Shown: positions 35,148 to 43,868 of the stretch, in pieces
How positions within the stretch are numbered: the first letter of the stretch is position 1
Layout of the letters: every line of letters starts with the position of its first letter
Assembly: GCA_035995325.1 (NCBI GenBank)
Contig: DASYKN010000055.1
Span: 13,753-77,752, forward strand
DNA: 64,000 nucleotides
Source: Solirubrobacterales bacterium
Lineage (GTDB): Bacteria; Actinomycetota; Thermoleophilia; Solirubrobacterales; 70-9
Direction of reading: 5' to 3'
Translations under genes and position numbers: made by a program
The notes under the pieces: generated by a model
The model's database searches: none
Told to the model about the DNA's origin: nothing
What the model saw: only the letters and a program-made list of their open reading frames with translations

Positions 35148-35897
35148 ATGGCGGTTGGGGTCGATGAGGCCAGCGAGGCGTATGAGCGCGCGATGCGCAA
35201 CATTGCCACTGTCGGTCCAGGCATTTGCCGGATCTGCCGGACTTTCATAGATCCTGGATATGACACCTGCTACCCGTGCGGCTTTGAGCCCGACAACCTC
35301 GCTGCGGTGGTCCCGATCACCTACAGCGAGAACCTTGGACAGGTGCATACGGCGCTTCGCAACTACAAGGATGGCGAGAGCAACGCAATCCGCCGACATG
35401 CTGCCGTTCGGCTCGCGGCGATCCTCTGGCGCTTTCTCCGCGAGCACGAGGCCTGTGTTGCAGGTGCCGCAGGCGTGGACAAATTCGACCTCGTCACGAT
35501 CATCCCATCCAGCAGCCCACAGCGAGACGAGCACTCCGCCTTCCGTGAGTTGACCAGTTGGATCGAGCCCGCCAGCTCACGGATGCGCCGGACTCTGGAG
35601 CCGACTGGCAAGGTCGAAGAGAGAGGGTTTGATCCCGACCGTTTCAGTTCCACCACTGAGCTACCTGGCAAGTCTGTGCTGCTCCTTGACGATACCTGGA
35701 CTACTGGCGGCCATGCGCGGTCTGCCTCTTACTCTCTACTCGCAGCCGGTGCCGCCACCGTCTCGCTGGTAGTGGTCGGCCGCCATGTCAACGGTGACTA
35801 CGAACCAGCTAAAGGCAGTGGCGAGAGCTGCACCGATCTCCTCGATGCGCTTCCCGAGGACTTCGATTGGGCCACTTGCGCCGTTCACGCCACTTAG
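35148..35897 (+). CDS. ComF-like phosphoribosyltransferase-fold protein with an N-terminal zinc finger
   Basis: CRICRTFIDPGYDTCYPCG zinc finger. PRPP-loop-like VLLLDDTWTTGGHARSA. Starts 11 nt after the dprA-like stop. Confidence 0.75.
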   Translation: MAVGVDEASEAYERAMRNIATVGPGICRICRTFIDPGYDTCYPCGFEPDNLAAVVPITYSENLGQVHTALRNYKDGESNAIRRHAAVRLAAILWRFLREHEACVAGAAGVDKFDLVTIIPSSSPQRDEHSAFRELTSWIEPASSRMRRTLEPTGKVEERGFDPDRFSSTTELPGKSVLLLDDTWTTGGHARSASYSLLAAGAATVSLVVVGRHVNGDYEPAKGSGESCTDLLDALPEDFDWATCAVHAT

Positions 35898-35918
35898 CTC
35901 CGCCGCCCCCGAAAGCGA

Positions 35919-36051
35919 GGCGGAATCGGCGTCAATCCCCGCGTATCCAGGCCATTTCGGGAACTAGTTCCCGAAATGAGGGGGATAGGAGGCGATGGTT
36001 CAAGTTCCCCCTGGAGAGCGAAGTTGCCCGTTTGCAGGGGGTGTCGGTGAG
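35919..36051. repeat. Flank F copy E, directly abutting the 3' end of the intact tRNA-Ala(CGC)
   Basis: Near-identical by eye to 29926-30057. Palindrome ATTTCGGGAACTAGTTCCCGAAAT at 35954-35977. Confidence 0.9.
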
Positions 36052-36124
36052 TGGAGCTAGGCGGATTCGAACCGCCGACCTCCTGGGTGCGATCCAGGCG
36101 CTCTGCCAGCTGAGCTATAGCCCC
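36052..36124 (-). tRNA. tRNA-Ala (anticodon CGC)
   Basis: The reverse complement is GGGGCTATAGCTCAGCTGGCAGAGCGCCTGGATCGCACCCAGGAGGTCGGCGGTTCGAATCCGCCTAGCTCCA. It folds as a cloverleaf with a G3:U70 pair, anticodon loop AUCGCAC and a GTTCGAATC T-loop. Confidence 0.95.
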
Positions 36125-36209
36125 GAGGGCGTGGCTGGGAAGTTGATCCCACTGCCTCGCAAGCGGAAGGATAACCGCATAGTCTTTGCCAGCCTCCCGG
36201 GAACCGGCT

Positions 36210-37208
36210 ATGAGCATCCTCGACGACGCAATCCGTGAGCACCTGGAACTGAAGCGCGCCCATGGCGCGGATGACGTCGAGCTTAAAAAGCTCGAGGACG
36301 AGGCGTTTGGGCCGCCGGCCCGGCCCGATGAGCCAGATCCGTATGCCGAGGCCCCGACCGAGTTCCTGGTCGCCCCTGGCAGCGAGGACGCCTCTGGGGA
36401 GGACGACCAGGGCGGGCGTCGCGCCCCCAACATCACCGACTTGCAGGAGGCGCCCGCGCCTTCGCCGGAGCCCGCCGACGCTCCCGAGGCCGAGCAGGCA
36501 GCCGACGAGGAGCAGCCCGCCGCCGATCCCGACCCCATCGCCGACGCCGGCCACTCGACCGAGGAGCGGCACGCGATCGCCTCGCAGCCGACCGAAATCT
36601 TCGACGTCCAGGGCCAATTCGAGGACGCCGCCACCGAGGCCGACGCCCCCTCCGACGAGGAGCTTGCCGACGCCGAGCTGGCTGAGCCGCGCCTCGCCCC
36701 GGTCGACCCGATCGCCGGGATCGAGGCCTCCGCTGCTCCCTCCTCCGAGCCAGCCGCCGCCGAGGAGGAGCATGAGGACGAATTCGACGAGTTCTTCAGC
36801 GAGCAGCGCCTCTCCGACGAGCTGAACCAGGCGCTCGAGGCGCCGCTCCCGGACGAGCCCGGCGCCCCCGTGACCGAGGAAGCGACCGCCCTCTACGACG
36901 TGGTCGAGGCCGAGGAGGCCGAGATCGCCGACGAGACCGCGCCCCCGCTGGAGGAGGACTCGGCCGAGTACGAGATCGTCGAGAGCGACTCCGAGGAACA
37001 TGAGGTAGCCGACGAGGCTTCCGATGAATTCGAGACGGTCGAGGGCGATTCCAAGGACGAAGGCGAGGCGCCCGCCGCCTCCAGCCCGCCGCCCCCCGCG
37101 CACGAGGACGTGCTGGAGGACACCCCGCAGTTCCTCGAGGACGCGCCCGAGGACGACGAGCTTTGGTTCGAGCAGCGTCCCCCCAAGGACATCGACTTCG
37201 GCGACTAG
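36210..37208 (+). CDS. Highly acidic low-complexity protein (D/E/A/P-rich), function unknown
   Basis: ATG at 36210 (MSILDDAIREHLELKR...). The long acidic middle lies between structured-looking N- and C-termini (DELWFEQRPPKDIDFGD). The antisense ORF 36057..37262 is judged a shadow. Confidence 0.6.
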   Translation: MSILDDAIREHLELKRAHGADDVELKKLEDEAFGPPARPDEPDPYAEAPTEFLVAPGSEDASGEDDQGGRRAPNITDLQEAPAPSPEPADAPEAEQAADEEQPAADPDPIADAGHSTEERHAIASQPTEIFDVQGQFEDAATEADAPSDEELADAELAEPRLAPVDPIAGIEASAAPSSEPAAAEEEHEDEFDEFFSEQRLSDELNQALEAPLPDEPGAPVTEEATALYDVVEAEEAEIADETAPPLEEDSAEYEIVESDSEEHEVADEASDEFETVEGDSKDEGEAPAASSPPPPAHEDVLEDTPQFLEDAPEDDELWFEQRPPKDIDFGD

Positions 37209-37243
37209 TCCGTCCGGGCCCGGGCACTCAGTAGTTTGCCCGG

Positions 37244-38227
37244 ATGCCCACTGACCTGGCAATCGAAGCCGAGGGACTGCGCAAGTCCTACGGCAAGGTG
37301 CAGGCGCTCGACGGCGTCGACCTCAGCGTCCCCGCCGGCACCGTCCTCGGCCTGCTCGGGCCCAACGGCGCCGGCAAGACCACCGCGGTCCGCATCCTCA
37401 CCACGCTGCTCCCCGCCGACGGCGGCAGCGCCCGCGTCGCCGGCCTCGACGTCGCCACCCAGGCGCCGCAGCTGCGCACCCAGATCGGCCTCGCCGGCCA
37501 GTACGCCGCGGTCGACGAGAACCTGACCGGGGCCGAGAACCTGGAGATGGTCGGCCGCCTCTACCACCTGCCCAAGGGCGAGCCGCGCGCCCGCGCCGCC
37601 GAGCTGCTGGAGCGCTTCGACCTCGATGAAGCCGCCGACCGCCTCGTCCGCACCTACTCGGGCGGGATGCGCCGCCGCCTTGACCTCGCCGCCGCCCTGG
37701 TTGCCCACCCGCCGGTCCTCTTCCTCGACGAGCCGACCACCGGGCTCGACCCGCGCAGCCGCCTCGGCCTCTGGGAGACGATCGAAGGCCGGGTCGCCGA
37801 AGGGACGACGGTGCTGCTCACCACCCAGTACCTGGACGAGGCCGACGCGCTTGCCGACCGCATCTCCGTGATCGACCGCGGCCGCGTCATCGCCGCCGGC
37901 AGCTCCGACGAGCTGAAGGACCAGGTCGGCGGCGAGCGGCTCGACGTCACGCTCGAGTCCGAGGCCGACGCCGAGACGGCGATCGCGACGCTGGAGCCGA
38001 TCGCCGCGGAGCGGCCCCAGCTCGCCGACGGCGTCCTGCGGATGCCGATCCGCCAGCGCAAGGGCACGATCGCCGACGCGGTCCGCCGCCTCAACGAGGC
38101 GGGAATCGGGATCGACGACATCGCGATGCGGCGCCCGACCCTCGACGACGTCTTCCTCGCCCTCACCGGCCACGCGGCCGAGGCCGAGGACGGCGGCGAG
38201 AGCGGGGAGGAGGGGGAGGAGCGATGA
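37244..38227 (+). CDS. ABC transporter ATP-binding protein (DrrA-like, ABC-2 exporter)
   Basis: Walker A GPNGAGKTT, signature YSGGMRRRL and Walker B VLFLDEPTTGLD. Confidence 0.9.
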   Translation: MPTDLAIEAEGLRKSYGKVQALDGVDLSVPAGTVLGLLGPNGAGKTTAVRILTTLLPADGGSARVAGLDVATQAPQLRTQIGLAGQYAAVDENLTGAENLEMVGRLYHLPKGEPRARAAELLERFDLDEAADRLVRTYSGGMRRRLDLAAALVAHPPVLFLDEPTTGLDPRSRLGLWETIEGRVAEGTTVLLTTQYLDEADALADRISVIDRGRVIAAGSSDELKDQVGGERLDVTLESEADAETAIATLEPIAAERPQLADGVLRMPIRQRKGTIADAVRRLNEAGIGIDDIAMRRPTLDDVFLALTGHAAEAEDGGESGEEGEER

Positions 38228-38997
38228 GCGGCTTCCGCTACGCCGTCGCCGACACCCTGGTGCTGGCCAAACGCAGCCTCCTGCGCATCCCCCGCGCGCC
38301 CGACCTGCTGCTCTCCTTCACCGTGCAGCCGATCATGTTCGTGCTGCTCTTCGCCTACGTCTTCGGCGGCGCGATCAGCACCCCCGGCTACAGCTACATC
38401 GACTTCCTGATGCCCGGGATCATCGTCCAGACGATGTCCTTCGGCGGCTTCGTCACCGCCCTCGGCCTCTCCGAGGACCTGCGCAAAGGCCTGGTCGACC
38501 GCTTCCGCTCGCTGCCGATGTCCCGCGCCGCCGTCCTCGCCGGCCGCACCCTCGCCGACGTCGCCACCAACTCGGTCTCGATCGCGGTGATGCTGGTCGT
38601 CGGCGTCATCGCCGGCTTCTCCTTCGACGCGCCGCTGACCCAGATCGTTGGCGGCATCCTGCTGCTGCTCCTGTTCGGCTACGCCTTCTCCTGGGTCTTC
38701 GCCTTCGTCGGCCTCACCTCCAGCTCGCCCGAGGCCGCCCAGTCGCTCGGCTTCATCGTCATCTTCCCGCTGACCTTCGTCTCCTCGGCCTTCGTCCCGG
38801 TCGAATCGATGCCCGGGGCGCTGCAGGCCTTCGCCGAAGTCAACCCCTTCACGATCGTCGTCGACGCGATGCGCTCGCTCTTCCTCGGCGCCCCTGCCGG
38901 CAACAACGTCTGGGGCGCCGTCGCCTGGTCGCTGGGGATCATCGCCGTCTTCGCCACCCTCTCGGTGCGCAAATACAAACGCGCCGTCGTCCGCTGA
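38224..38997 (+). CDS. ABC-2 type transporter permease (DrrB-like)
   Basis: Six hydrophobic segments. 4-nt overlap with the ATPase gene. Confidence 0.85.
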   Translation: MSGFRYAVADTLVLAKRSLLRIPRAPDLLLSFTVQPIMFVLLFAYVFGGAISTPGYSYIDFLMPGIIVQTMSFGGFVTALGLSEDLRKGLVDRFRSLPMSRAAVLAGRTLADVATNSVSIAVMLVVGVIAGFSFDAPLTQIVGGILLLLLFGYAFSWVFAFVGLTSSSPEAAQSLGFIVIFPLTFVSSAFVPVESMPGALQAFAEVNPFTIVVDAMRSLFLGAPAGNNVWGAVAWSLGIIAVFATLSVRKYKRAVVR

Positions 38998-39052
38998 GCG
39001 GCGGCGCCCGGCGCCGGGCGCGCCCGGCCGAAGGTCTTAAACTTTGGGACGA

Positions 39053-39125
39053 GGGGCCATAGCTCAGCTGGCAGAGCGCCGCGTTTGCAACGCGGAGGTC
39101 GTCGGTTCGATCCCGTCTGGCTCCA
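39053..39125 (+). tRNA. tRNA-Ala (anticodon UGC)
   Basis: GGGGCCATAGCTCAGCTGGCAGAGCGCCGCGTTTGCAACGCGGAGGTCGTCGGTTCGATCCCGTCTGGCTCCA. G3:U70 pair and anticodon loop UUUGCAA. Confidence 0.95.
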
Positions 39126-39156
39126 CTCACGAGTTTCGGCTCGCATCCGCGCCAGC

Positions 39157-41004
39157 GTGGATCATGGGCCGGTGACTCTCAGGCACAGGGTGGCACTGGC
39201 TCTCGCAGCGTTGGCTCTCGCCGCGCTGATCTCTGGATCGGCGTGGGGGGCTGGTGAGCCGGCGGCGCCGACCGAGTTGGTCTCCGCTGACGGCGGCGGC
39301 GCGGGTGGCGACGGCAACTCGCTCGCTCCTTCGATCTCCGCTGACGGCCGCTACGTGGCGTTCAGCTCGCGGGCCAAGAACCTCAGTCCGGCCGCCAAGA
39401 GCGGCACGCAACAGATCTACGTGCGGGACATGGAGACGGGGACGACGACCCTGGTCTCCCGCGCCGGCGGCGCCGACGGGGCGGTCGCAGAGTACGACGC
39501 CTATGGCCCCTCGATCTCCGGCGACGGACGCTACGTCGCCTTCAGCTCCAGCGCCGAGAGCCTCAGCCCCGACGATGCCGCTGGCAGCGACGTCTTCGTC
39601 CGCGACCTGGCCACCGCCACGACCACTCTGGTCTCGCGCGCGACCGGCGCCGCGGGGGCGCCCGCCAGCGCCGAGTCCTATGACCCCTCGATCTCCGCCG
39701 ACGGCCGCCACGTCGCCTTCGCGTCCCGGGCCGACAACCTCAGCTCGGAAGGCACCGGACCGGGCAGCGCCGACATCTTCGTCCGCGATCTCGACCCCGG
39801 TGTGACCGAGCTGGTCTCCCGAGCCAGCGGCGCGACCGGCGCCGTCGCCAGCGAGTCCTATGCCCCTTCGATCTCCGGCGACGGGCGCTATGTCGCCTTC
39901 AGCTCGCCCGCCTCGCTCAGCCCCGAAGACTTCGACGCGCCCAGCTTCCCGATGGACGTCTTCGTCCGCGACCGGGCGAGCGCCGTGACGATCCTGGTCT
40001 CCCGCAAAAGCGGCGCCGCGGGCGCCGCGGGCGACGTTCAGTCGGAGGCGCCGGCGATCTCTGCCGACGGCAGCCACGTCGCTTTCAGCTCAGACGCCAA
40101 GCTGACCGGCCAGCGGGGCTACGGCCGCAACGTCTTCGTCCGCGACATCGTGGCCGGCACGACGAAGCTGGCCTCGGTCGGCGACGAGGGGCGGGCCGGG
40201 GACGCCAAGCGCAACCCCTCGATCTCCGCCGACGGCCGCTACGTCGCCTTCCAGACCCGCGGCAACGGGCTCAGCCCGGTCGACGCCGACGGCCGGGTCG
40301 ACGTCTTCGTCCGCGACATGCAGAAGGGGCTGACCGTGACCGCCTCCCGCGCTTCGGGCAGCGTCGGGGTGCCCGCAGACGCCGCGGCCTTCGACGCTTC
40401 GATCTCCGCCGACGGCAGCTTCGTCGCCTTCGATTCGCGCGCCGCCAACCTCAGCGCCGCCGACGAGGATCGCTTTGCCGACGTCTTCCGGCGTCAGCTC
40501 GTCTACGCCAAGGAGCCGCAGCTGCCGCGCTGCGCAGGGCGGATCGCGACCGTGATCGGCAGCGCCGGGCGCGACGTGCTGAAAGGCACCGAGCGCAAGG
40601 ACGTTGTCGTCGCCCTCGGCGGCGATGACCGCATCGACAGTTTCGCCGGCGCCGACGTGGTCTGCGCCGGCCCGGGCAAGGACGTCGTCGACGCCGGCAG
40701 CAACGGGAGCGGTGGCGGCTCGGACCTGGTTCTCGGTGGGCCCGGAGACGACCGCCTGGCGCTCGGCCCGGAGCTGGGAACCCTCGAGGGGGAGGGCGGA
40801 GACGACCTGCTGCTCGGCAGCAAGGGAGGCGATTCCCTCTACGGCGGTCCCGGGAACGACGTCCTGCGGGGCGGTCCCAACCCCCTCTTCAACAGCGACT
40901 TCCTCCACGGCGGCCCCGGAAACGACGCTCTATTTGGCGGCCCCGGACCGAACCAGCTGGAGGGCGGCCCGGGGCACGATCGCGAAGTGGGAGACAACCG
41001 CTAA
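39157..41004 (+). CDS. Secreted PD40/TolB-like beta-propeller repeat protein with C-terminal RTX-type Ca-binding repeats
   Basis: Signal peptide (ALALAALALAALISGSAWG). About eight repeats of the form PSISADGRYVAFSS...VFVRD. The tail has GGDD/GGPGND nonapeptide-like repeats. GTG start at 39157 or 39172. The part of ORF 39085 that overlaps the tRNA is rejected. Confidence 0.75.
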   Translation: MDHGPVTLRHRVALALAALALAALISGSAWGAGEPAAPTELVSADGGGAGGDGNSLAPSISADGRYVAFSSRAKNLSPAAKSGTQQIYVRDMETGTTTLVSRAGGADGAVAEYDAYGPSISGDGRYVAFSSSAESLSPDDAAGSDVFVRDLATATTTLVSRATGAAGAPASAESYDPSISADGRHVAFASRADNLSSEGTGPGSADIFVRDLDPGVTELVSRASGATGAVASESYAPSISGDGRYVAFSSPASLSPEDFDAPSFPMDVFVRDRASAVTILVSRKSGAAGAAGDVQSEAPAISADGSHVAFSSDAKLTGQRGYGRNVFVRDIVAGTTKLASVGDEGRAGDAKRNPSISADGRYVAFQTRGNGLSPVDADGRVDVFVRDMQKGLTVTASRASGSVGVPADAAAFDASISADGSFVAFDSRAANLSAADEDRFADVFRRQLVYAKEPQLPRCAGRIATVIGSAGRDVLKGTERKDVVVALGGDDRIDSFAGADVVCAGPGKDVVDAGSNGSGGGSDLVLGGPGDDRLALGPELGTLEGEGGDDLLLGSKGGDSLYGGPGNDVLRGGPNPLFNSDFLHGGPGNDALFGGPGPNQLEGGPGHDREVGDNR

Positions 41005-41025
41005 CTGAGGCGAGAAGTACTCGGC

Positions 41026-41424
41026 TCAGCCAGCGAGCCCGATCATCAACTGCGAGTGGTCGCTCGGGTCGACCTTGACCGGGACCTGGGCGCCGGGCTG
41101 GAGCTGGCCGATGATCGCGGGGGAGACGACCTGGACGTGGCTGACCTCGGACTTGCTGCCGTTGACGTCGACGGCCAGCTGGAACTGCAGCTCGGGCTGC
41201 ATATTGATCGTGCGGCCGGTGGCGACCATCTGGCCGATCGTGGCGGTGCCGTCGACGCCCTCGTTGGCGAGCTTCTCGGCCAGGGCCTGGTTGCCCTGCA
41301 CTTCCTGCACGGCTTGGTTCGCCTGGGCGAGGCCGTCTTTCATCATCTTCAGGCTGCCGCCGCGTTCCTTCTTCATTTCCTTGCCGGTCTTGCTCAGGTC
41401 CCTCATGTCCTTGAACATGCCCAT
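41026..41424 (-). CDS. Hypothetical protein (132 aa)
   Basis: ATG at 41424 with a GAGGAG RBS. The upstream part of ORF 41026..41628 is discarded. Confidence 0.55.
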   Translation of the reverse strand: MGMFKDMRDLSKTGKEMKKERGGSLKMMKDGLAQANQAVQEVQGNQALAEKLANEGVDGTATIGQMVATGRTINMQPELQFQLAVDVNGSKSEVSHVQVVSPAIIGQLQPGAQVPVKVDPSDHSQLMIGLAG

Positions 41425-41524
41425 CTGGCTGGCTCCTCTGTTCACAGGCCGGTTTGCCGGCCTGACTGGGTGGTTTGACGCGAACCTAGCGCCCCGGGGC
41501 GGCGCCCCGGTATAGGTTCGGCAG

Positions 41525-41926
41525 ATGTTCTTCTCGGGCTTAGCCCTGCTCGCGATCGCCCTGGTCGCCGCCGTCTTCGCGGTCGCGCCGCCGGTCGAGG
41601 CGGCCCGCGCCGGCGCGATCGGGGTCATGCTCGGCTGCGGGCTCGCCGGTGCCCTGCTCGTCTACCTCGACGCGCCGCGCCGGCGGCCGAAGACGCCGCC
41701 GGGGAGGCTGCGCGCCAAGGCGACGATCCTCGACGCCGCCGGCACCCCGGGCGCGGTCGCCGGCTACCAGATGGTCGAGCTGACGCTCGAGGTGCGGCCC
41801 AAGGAGGGGATGCCCTTCCAGGTCAAGCGCAAGTTCTCCGCCGGCCGCCTCGGCCGCATCGAGCAGGGCCGCAACCTCGATGTCGTTTACGACCCGGCCG
41901 ACCCGGAACGGCTCGAACTGGCCTGA
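41525..41926 (+). CDS. Hypothetical membrane protein (two N-terminal TM helices, DUF3592-like)
   Basis: MFFSGLALLAIALVAAVFAV and IGVMLGCGLAGALLVYL helices, followed by a soluble beta-rich tail. Confidence 0.55.
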   Translation: MFFSGLALLAIALVAAVFAVAPPVEAARAGAIGVMLGCGLAGALLVYLDAPRRRPKTPPGRLRAKATILDAAGTPGAVAGYQMVELTLEVRPKEGMPFQVKRKFSAGRLGRIEQGRNLDVVYDPADPERLELA

Positions 41927-41977
41927 GCCGGCCGCGTGGCCTGAGCCGGCCGCGATTCAGCCGGGCGAACGCTCCGT

Positions 41978-42982
41978 TTAGGAAGCGATCAGGCTCTCGG
42001 CCCGGTGGGCCTCGGGCAGGTTCTGGTCCGCGTGGTAGCTGCTGCGGACCAGGGGGCCGGCGGCGACGGACTCGAAGCCGAGGTCGTAGGCCGCCTTCTC
42101 CAGCGCCGCGAACTCGTCCGGGTGCCAGTAGCGGGTGACCGGCAGGTGGTTCTCGGTCGGCCGCAGGTACTGGCCGACGGTCAGCACCTGGACCTTGTGC
42201 TGGCGCAGCAGGCCGAAGGTCTCGACCATCTCCTCGAAGCTCTCGCCCAGCCCGACCATCAGGCCCGACTTGGTGACCACATCCGGCCCGCCCATCTCCT
42301 TCGCCATCTTCAGCACCCGGGCCGAGCGCAGGAACTGGGAGCCACGGCGCGCCACCGGGTAGAGGCGCGGCACCGTCTCGACGTTGTGGTTGAAGACGTC
42401 GGGCTTCTCGTGGATGACCTTGGCCAGCGGCATCTCCTGGCCGCGGAAGTCGGGGGTGAGAACCTCGACCTTGCAGCCGGGGGCCTGCATCCGGATCGAG
42501 CGGATCACGCCGACGAAGGCGCTGGCGCCGTAGTCGGGAAGGTCGTCGCGGTCGACCGAGGTGACGACGGCGTGGCGCAGGCCCATCTGCTTCACCTGGT
42601 TGGCCACCCGCAGCGGCTCCAGCGGGTCGTTCCAGGTCGGCTTGCCGGTCTGCACATTGCAGAAGCCGCAGCGGCGGGTGCAGACGTCGCCGAGGATCAT
42701 GAAGGTCGCGGTGCCGCGCTCCCAGCACTCACCGACGTTGGGGCAGTTGGCCTCCTCGCAGACCGTGTGCAGGTTGTCGGAGCCGATCGTCGCCTTCAGG
42801 CGCCGGTAGTTGGGCCCGCCCGGCGCTGGCACTTTCAGCCACGGCGGCTTGCGGGCGCGCTTGAAGGGGACGGTGCCGTCGGACTCGGCGGCGGTGCCGC
42901 CGGGCTTGGCCCGAGAGCGGGTGACGTGGACGCGCTCGGCTGGTGCCGCGGCCGCTTCGGTCTGCTCGATCGTCTCGCTCAT
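41978..42982 (-). CDS. lipA: Lipoyl synthase
   Basis: CEEANCPNVGECW and CTRRCGFC radical-SAM clusters. ATG at 42982 within ORF 41978..43564. Confidence 0.95.
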   Translation of the reverse strand: MSETIEQTEAAAAPAERVHVTRSRAKPGGTAAESDGTVPFKRARKPPWLKVPAPGGPNYRRLKATIGSDNLHTVCEEANCPNVGECWERGTATFMILGDVCTRRCGFCNVQTGKPTWNDPLEPLRVANQVKQMGLRHAVVTSVDRDDLPDYGASAFVGVIRSIRMQAPGCKVEVLTPDFRGQEMPLAKVIHEKPDVFNHNVETVPRLYPVARRGSQFLRSARVLKMAKEMGGPDVVTKSGLMVGLGESFEEMVETFGLLRQHKVQVLTVGQYLRPTENHLPVTRYWHPDEFAALEKAAYDLGFESVAAGPLVRSSYHADQNLPEAHRAESLIAS

Positions 42983-43752
42983 CGGGGGATACCGAGCGTA
43001 GCGGGCGGCAGCTCCAGGCCCAGGTCGGCGGGATCGGCGGCGACCGGCTCCCGCTCGAAGACCGCCCCGAAGCGGGCCGCGACCGTGTCGGCGAAGGCAG
43101 GGAGGCCCTGCTCGGCGTCCAGCTCGCGCGCCAGCGAGGTCATCGCCACCCCCTCGATCCCGCAGGGGACGATCCACTCGAATGGCTGTAGGTCGTTGTC
43201 GACGTTGACCGCCAGCCCGTGCGTGGTCACCCCCCGGCTCACATGCACGCCAATCGACCCGATCTTGCGGGCCTGCGCCGCCGATGGGCCGATTTCCCTC
43301 GCCATGTGTGGGATATCGGCCCGTCGGGCCGTGCCTTGGCGGGTCCAGACGCCGGTCAGTCCCTCGATCAGCTCCGCCTCGACGCCGTGGTCGGCCAGCG
43401 CCCCGATCATCACCCGCTCCAGCCCGCGCACGTACTCGAGGACGTCGTCGCCGTAGGGCCGCAGCGAGACGATCGGGTAGGCGACGAGCTGGCCGGGGCC
43501 GTGGTAGGTGACGCGGCCGCCGCGGTCGGTGTCGCGGACTTCGATCCCCTGCCGCTCGTACCAATCGCGGCCCATCGGCAGCTCCTCATGGCTCGAGCGG
43601 CGCCCGCGCGTGTAGACGGGGTGATGCTCGAGCAGCAGCAGGACGTCGCCGACCTCGCCGCGCTGGCGCTGTTCCTGCAGGCGCAACTGTGCCTGGCGCG
43701 CCTGCTCGTAGGGCACGATTCCGCAGCGGACAACGAGGATCTCGTCGCTCAT
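42979..43752 (-). CDS. lipB: Lipoyl(octanoyl) transferase
   Basis: LLLLEHHPVYTRG...DRGGRVTYHGPGQLVAYP...KIGSIGVHV. ATG at 43752. ATGA overlap with lipA. Confidence 0.9.
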   Translation of the reverse strand: MSDEILVVRCGIVPYEQARQAQLRLQEQRQRGEVGDVLLLLEHHPVYTRGRRSSHEELPMGRDWYERQGIEVRDTDRGGRVTYHGPGQLVAYPIVSLRPYGDDVLEYVRGLERVMIGALADHGVEAELIEGLTGVWTRQGTARRADIPHMAREIGPSAAQARKIGSIGVHVSRGVTTHGLAVNVDNDLQPFEWIVPCGIEGVAMTSLARELDAEQGLPAFADTVAARFGAVFEREPVAADPADLGLELPPATLGIPR

Positions 43753-43868
43753 CCTTGAAATCGTCGCATGAGCTGGCTCTATGCTTGCCGTGTCCCGGCC
43801 GGACGGCACCCCAGCCCGCCTCCAAGCAGCAGCCCCGGCCCCGCTTCCCCAGCCGCACCCAGCCCTTA

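Larger units (their letters stand above)
33978..36051. mobile_element. Cassette 3 (tRNA-fragment-bounded, no recombinase gene): DprA/SLOG-like plus ComF-like PRTase
   Basis: Lies between repeat copy D and flank F plus the intact tRNA. Visibly lower G+C. Confidence 0.5.

Noticed and set aside
30100-36051. A search for an integrase, transposase or excisionase in the cassettes, looking for tyrosine recombinase R..H..R..Y boxes, DDE motifs or serine recombinase N-termini in all listed frames.
   Set aside because: No ORF with such motifs was seen, and all sizeable ORFs are accounted for by the cargo genes. The absence rests on reading by eye only; a short degraded remnant could be missed without an HMM search.
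14880-36095. Whether the four copies of the 42-44-nt sequence could be a CRISPR array or a tandem repeat array.
   Set aside because: The copies are 2-15 kb apart with protein-coding genes between them. The sequence is the 3' part of a tRNA gene, and no short regular spacers or cas genes are present. They are interpreted as att-like or recombination repeats instead.
39085-39156. The N-terminal 24 codons of ORF 39085..41004.
   Set aside because: They overlap tRNA-Ala(UGC) at 39053-39125. The signal peptide begins after the in-frame GTG codons at 39157 and 39172, so the start was moved downstream.
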